Positions 60,601-64,000 of a DNA stretch of 64,000 nucleotides are shown here, in pieces. The stretch is from the NCBI GenBank assembly GCA_010909165.1, contig MU008202.1, positions 400,336-464,335 of the forward strand. Direction: 5' to 3'. Position numbers and translations under genes: made by a program. A model generated the notes under the pieces. It ran no database searches and was not told the DNA's origin. It saw nothing but the letters and a program-made list of their open reading frames with translations. Source of the DNA: Anthoceros angustus. Taxonomy: Eukaryota > Plantae > Anthocerotophyta. How positions within the stretch are numbered: position 1 is the first letter of the stretch; every line of letters begins with the position of its first letter.

Positions 60601-61649
60601 CCAACACTCACATCAATTCTCTTTTCAAACCCGTGATTGAGCAATCCTGCGGCGCCCTGACCGCCCTCCGTCGAGATAAGCCGCACTTAGATCTGATTGG
60701 CCTCAGGGCTAGAATTGGACAAGGTAAAGGATGGTGAGGCCTCCTCAACCGTTCTTGATCAAACTCTTCAGAGCTTACATTTCTTCTTGTCAAGTCCGTA
60801 CCGCTTTCAACCTTAATCTATCCATGGGTGGCACATGGAGCAAGTCAGATCTTAAATTCAAAATCTCCTGGCGAAGCTTGGCTATAGTTAGTCTCACGAA
60901 CACCTAGTCATGCCAATTGTGGGCCAGGTATAGACAGTCCTCCTTGAGCCTCACCGAAATACTCACCATTTGGTCAAAACCCCACCGGGCGACCCTCTTT
61001 CTTCGATACTCTGGCTCTCACTAGGGCTCGCGGTGGCGAGCGGATGCTCTCTTATACTTGTGTTCGATCGCATCCGGCTGTGCTTTCATTACTCAAGGAC
61101 AAATCATCTATTCTATTTATTTTCTTGCTTCTCCGCAAAACATTGTGAAACATTGTCGCCTTCAAAGGTTGGCCATTAGAAACCACCATCATACATGTCG
61201 AATTTTGGAAAATGTAGCTCATCTAGAAACCAAGGCCTATGCATCTATCGTGCATCAAACTCGAATGAGCGGACATTTGGCACCAATCAAAGAGATCCAG
61301 CAAGTCATCGGTAGGGCACATAGAGTAAGGCCAAAAGGTTTTACATGTTGTATACAAAGCGAATGTGAGAATATAACATCAACCAACAAATGATTTTCAA
61401 AAATAATATTCATGACTTTACGCCTAGATACCGGGATGATTTACAAATTTTCCAAACCACTAAAAGTCAATACTCCATCCTGGTATTGATACGCTTCTAG
61501 GTTGCTTAACAGTGGAGTTGTTACAAAGTTTTCAAAGCGCCAAAAACAAGCAACCCATCCTAATACTAATCCGACCCAAGAATGCTTAAACAGAGTTCTC
61601 CACGCACCAAAGTCAAGCACCCCATCCTGGTACTAATCCGACCCAGGGA

Positions 61650-64000
61650 TGTGTAACCTTGGAGTTCTTATGCCAGTGTGTCTATCTCCACCTATCCCGA
61701 GGATGTTAGAGAATACAAACAATATATATATACATTTGCGGACGTCCGGCGATCCACTCCACCATTTCCATCTCATTGACGCCCACAAGATTGGGGTCTC
61801 AGAAAATCGCGGACGTCCGGCGCAGTTTTAGTAGACTCGCGCCAATGTGCGAGCGTCCGGCGCATTGCTCCAATTCCTTCTATGTTTTCACTCTAACAAT
61901 GGAGATCCCGGGGTTGTTGTGGCGCGACTTTCAGCGGCCGGCCCGCACAATCCGTGTCGTTGTAGGAAGGAGTCCGTTCCCAAGGAATAGCGAGCTCCGT
62001 TTGCGGCGTTCGAGCGATTCTCGTCTTACTGCGTCCGTTCGGTCCCAGCGCACATTCATCCGATTCACGTCTAACTACTACGCGTTCACCGCGCACGGGC
62101 CGGTATGGCCAAGCGTTTGGACGTTCGCGTCCGTATCGTTCACGTTAAATCCCTCACACCTCGATCCGTTCCTCTCTCCTCACACTACACTTATCGGTCT
62201 TAGGGAAAGTTACAGTCGGACCTCCTCGTCGTTCTGGGGCCTCTCCGTCCGGCTCAGACGCCTCCCGAGTCCCTCCGGCTCACGTTCGGTCCGTTGTTGG
62301 GCGCGGCTCTGGGCAGCAGGTCCCAGTCACCTCCCTGCACACACCACAACACGTTAGGTCCGTCACGGGACCACGATCAATCTCTCGGGGCATCGTGCAC
62401 CTTTCGGTGACTCGGGACTCACGTTAGCAGAAGACACAAAGGTGCAGAGCGGCATCAACACCAAGAAAGATGATTTATTGAGCTGACCCTCTTATACTAC
62501 GCCCAAGTCGGCGTCTTTATTACACCTATTACGGTGATGGCCATTTCGGTATACCCTAATCGGCCGCCTACCATCCTATTCCTCCCCTATCTCCTTCGTC
62601 GGTGTGGGAAGGTCCGGGTTCCGCCTTGGGATTGGTGGTCCAATCTCCCGTCTGGCGATTCGGCGCGCGCAATCGGATGATCCGCGGCGGACCTCCTCTC
62701 TCCGGAATCACATCGGGTTGGGCTCGTGGCGGTCGGCGCCGTTACCACAACGTCATCCTCCCAGCCTCCCGTGGGTCCCCTCGGTGGGGCCCGGCTATCT
62801 GCTCCCCTAAGCGTAAGTCGAAGGGGCTCCTCCTTCTTCGGGTCAGGACCTCGAGGTCCGGTCTCGACTCAGGTCCCCGAACTCCGTCGTCTTATTTCTG
62901 AGTCCGGTGGGTCGGCCTCGTCTCTGAGGTTCGGACCTCGGGGTCCGAACTTATTCAGTCCGGTCCCAAGCTCGGACCCCTTATCATGGACCTCGTCTTG
63001 CTAGGTCCTCATCCCTACCCAGGCCCTTGTCTTGGGTCGGGTTGGCTCCTCTTGCGCCCCTTTCGGGGCCGTCACCTCCTTCTCTGGCGGGTTGCGGTGA
63101 ACTTACCACAGGGTCCGTTGCGTCTCGCTCCTCTTGAGGCTCTTCTCCCCATGCCGTCGTCTCCAAGCAGGGCCCCTAGAGTCCCGTCTTTGTCCCCATG
63201 CCCTTCTTCCCCTCCCAGGCCTTCCGGGGTCCGTCTATTGCGGCGTGAGAGAGGCCTCTGGCCAGGGCTCGGCGTGGTAATAGGCAAAGTCCGAATCCAC
63301 TTGTTGGTGCCTCTTCCACGTGTGCGGGCACCGATACTCCCTTCGCCATAGGTGCTCGGGAGGCGGCGTCTTTGCCCGGCTTGTTGGACCACCTCCCACT
63401 TGAGTTTGATAGCGGGCCTGCTTGGTGCAAGGCGCCTCGGTCACCTCCATCCGTCATTGTTGCTCCACTGCTCCAACTCCGTCGCTTGGCTCATTGCCCG
63501 GCTTACCGGCCATATTCCCCGCCTTCCTCAAGCGGACAGCGTATGTGAGGAGCTGAAGGATTCCAACAGGTGGGAATGCGCGCTCTAGAAGATCTCGGGA
63601 TGAAGTGGGGAGGTTTAAGGGCACAAGGCAAGTGGAGGGCACATGCATTTAATCGAACGGGGTCACAAAGGGAAGAACATGCCGTAGCGGAGGAGGAACC
63701 CATGACAGCCTACACCTAGGGTCACCAGTCGAATCAGCAGCAGGACGGGTGAAGGAGGAGAAGATAAAAGGGAAACGGCAGTTGTCCCCCTTCGTGCAGG
63801 GATGAGTTGTCGTCACACTAGGGAGGTTGAACGATAAAGGGTAGCCAAGCTGGGTGCATCACCAACCCCTAGGAGAGGAGGAAGGGGTTAATTTCGACTG
63901 CCAGCCCGCGAGTCTGCTGACGAGCTCAAGGACATTTTTGGCGACATCCTCATTGACCTGCCCAAATCAAGTGGGACATAAAGTGACATCATTATGCGGA
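61650..64000 (-). mobile_element. Retrotransposon-like element related to the 9855-15099 ORF; continues beyond the window
   Basis: TGTAACC boundary at ~61652 interrupts a local ~68-bp repeat. Minus-strand EHLWRREYR/AHVEEA/QQVDSDFAYYH matches EHQWRWEYRALRAHVEEAIQQVDSNFAYYH at ~10130-10220. Confidence 0.6.

Noticed and set aside
1-64000. tRNA, rRNA or conserved miRNA genes
   Set aside because: No cloverleaf, rRNA-like segment or recognisable conserved miRNA seen by eye. tRNAscan-SE and Infernal would be needed to exclude them.

Overview
Gene-dense nuclear DNA from a non-flowering land plant, most likely a hornwort. This is inferred from a GRP-type DYW:KP PPR gene, introns mostly 80-150 bp long and very short intergenic spacers. 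Genes in order: a 5'-truncated PLS-PPR with a DYW:KP/GRP (U-to-C editing class) domain, mitochondrial carrier BAC2, an 11-exon BIG-type ARF-GEF, an RRM protein, NUP43, an intronless WOX13-like gene, dihydroneopterin aldolase followed 67 nt later by a secreted Cys-rich ORF, a KirBac-like channel lacking the K+ filter signature, a DnaJ-like Zn-finger protein, a plastid-type SAM methyltransferase and a clade-D PP2C. Two repeat-rich blocks are present. The block at 5.4-20.8 kb holds a microhomology-joined 3-kb duplication, germin fragments and a retroelement-type ORF with ~7 tandem coiled-coil repeats. The block at 55.3-64 kb holds a chromovirus LTR/PPT, a scrambled integrase and a remnant of a bacterial-type beta-class N4C/N6A DNA methyltransferase next to a palindrome cluster. 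Many small deletions, concentrated in repeats and homopolymers, look like long-read consensus errors, so frameshifts there should not be taken at face value. All calls come from manual reading; no searches were run.
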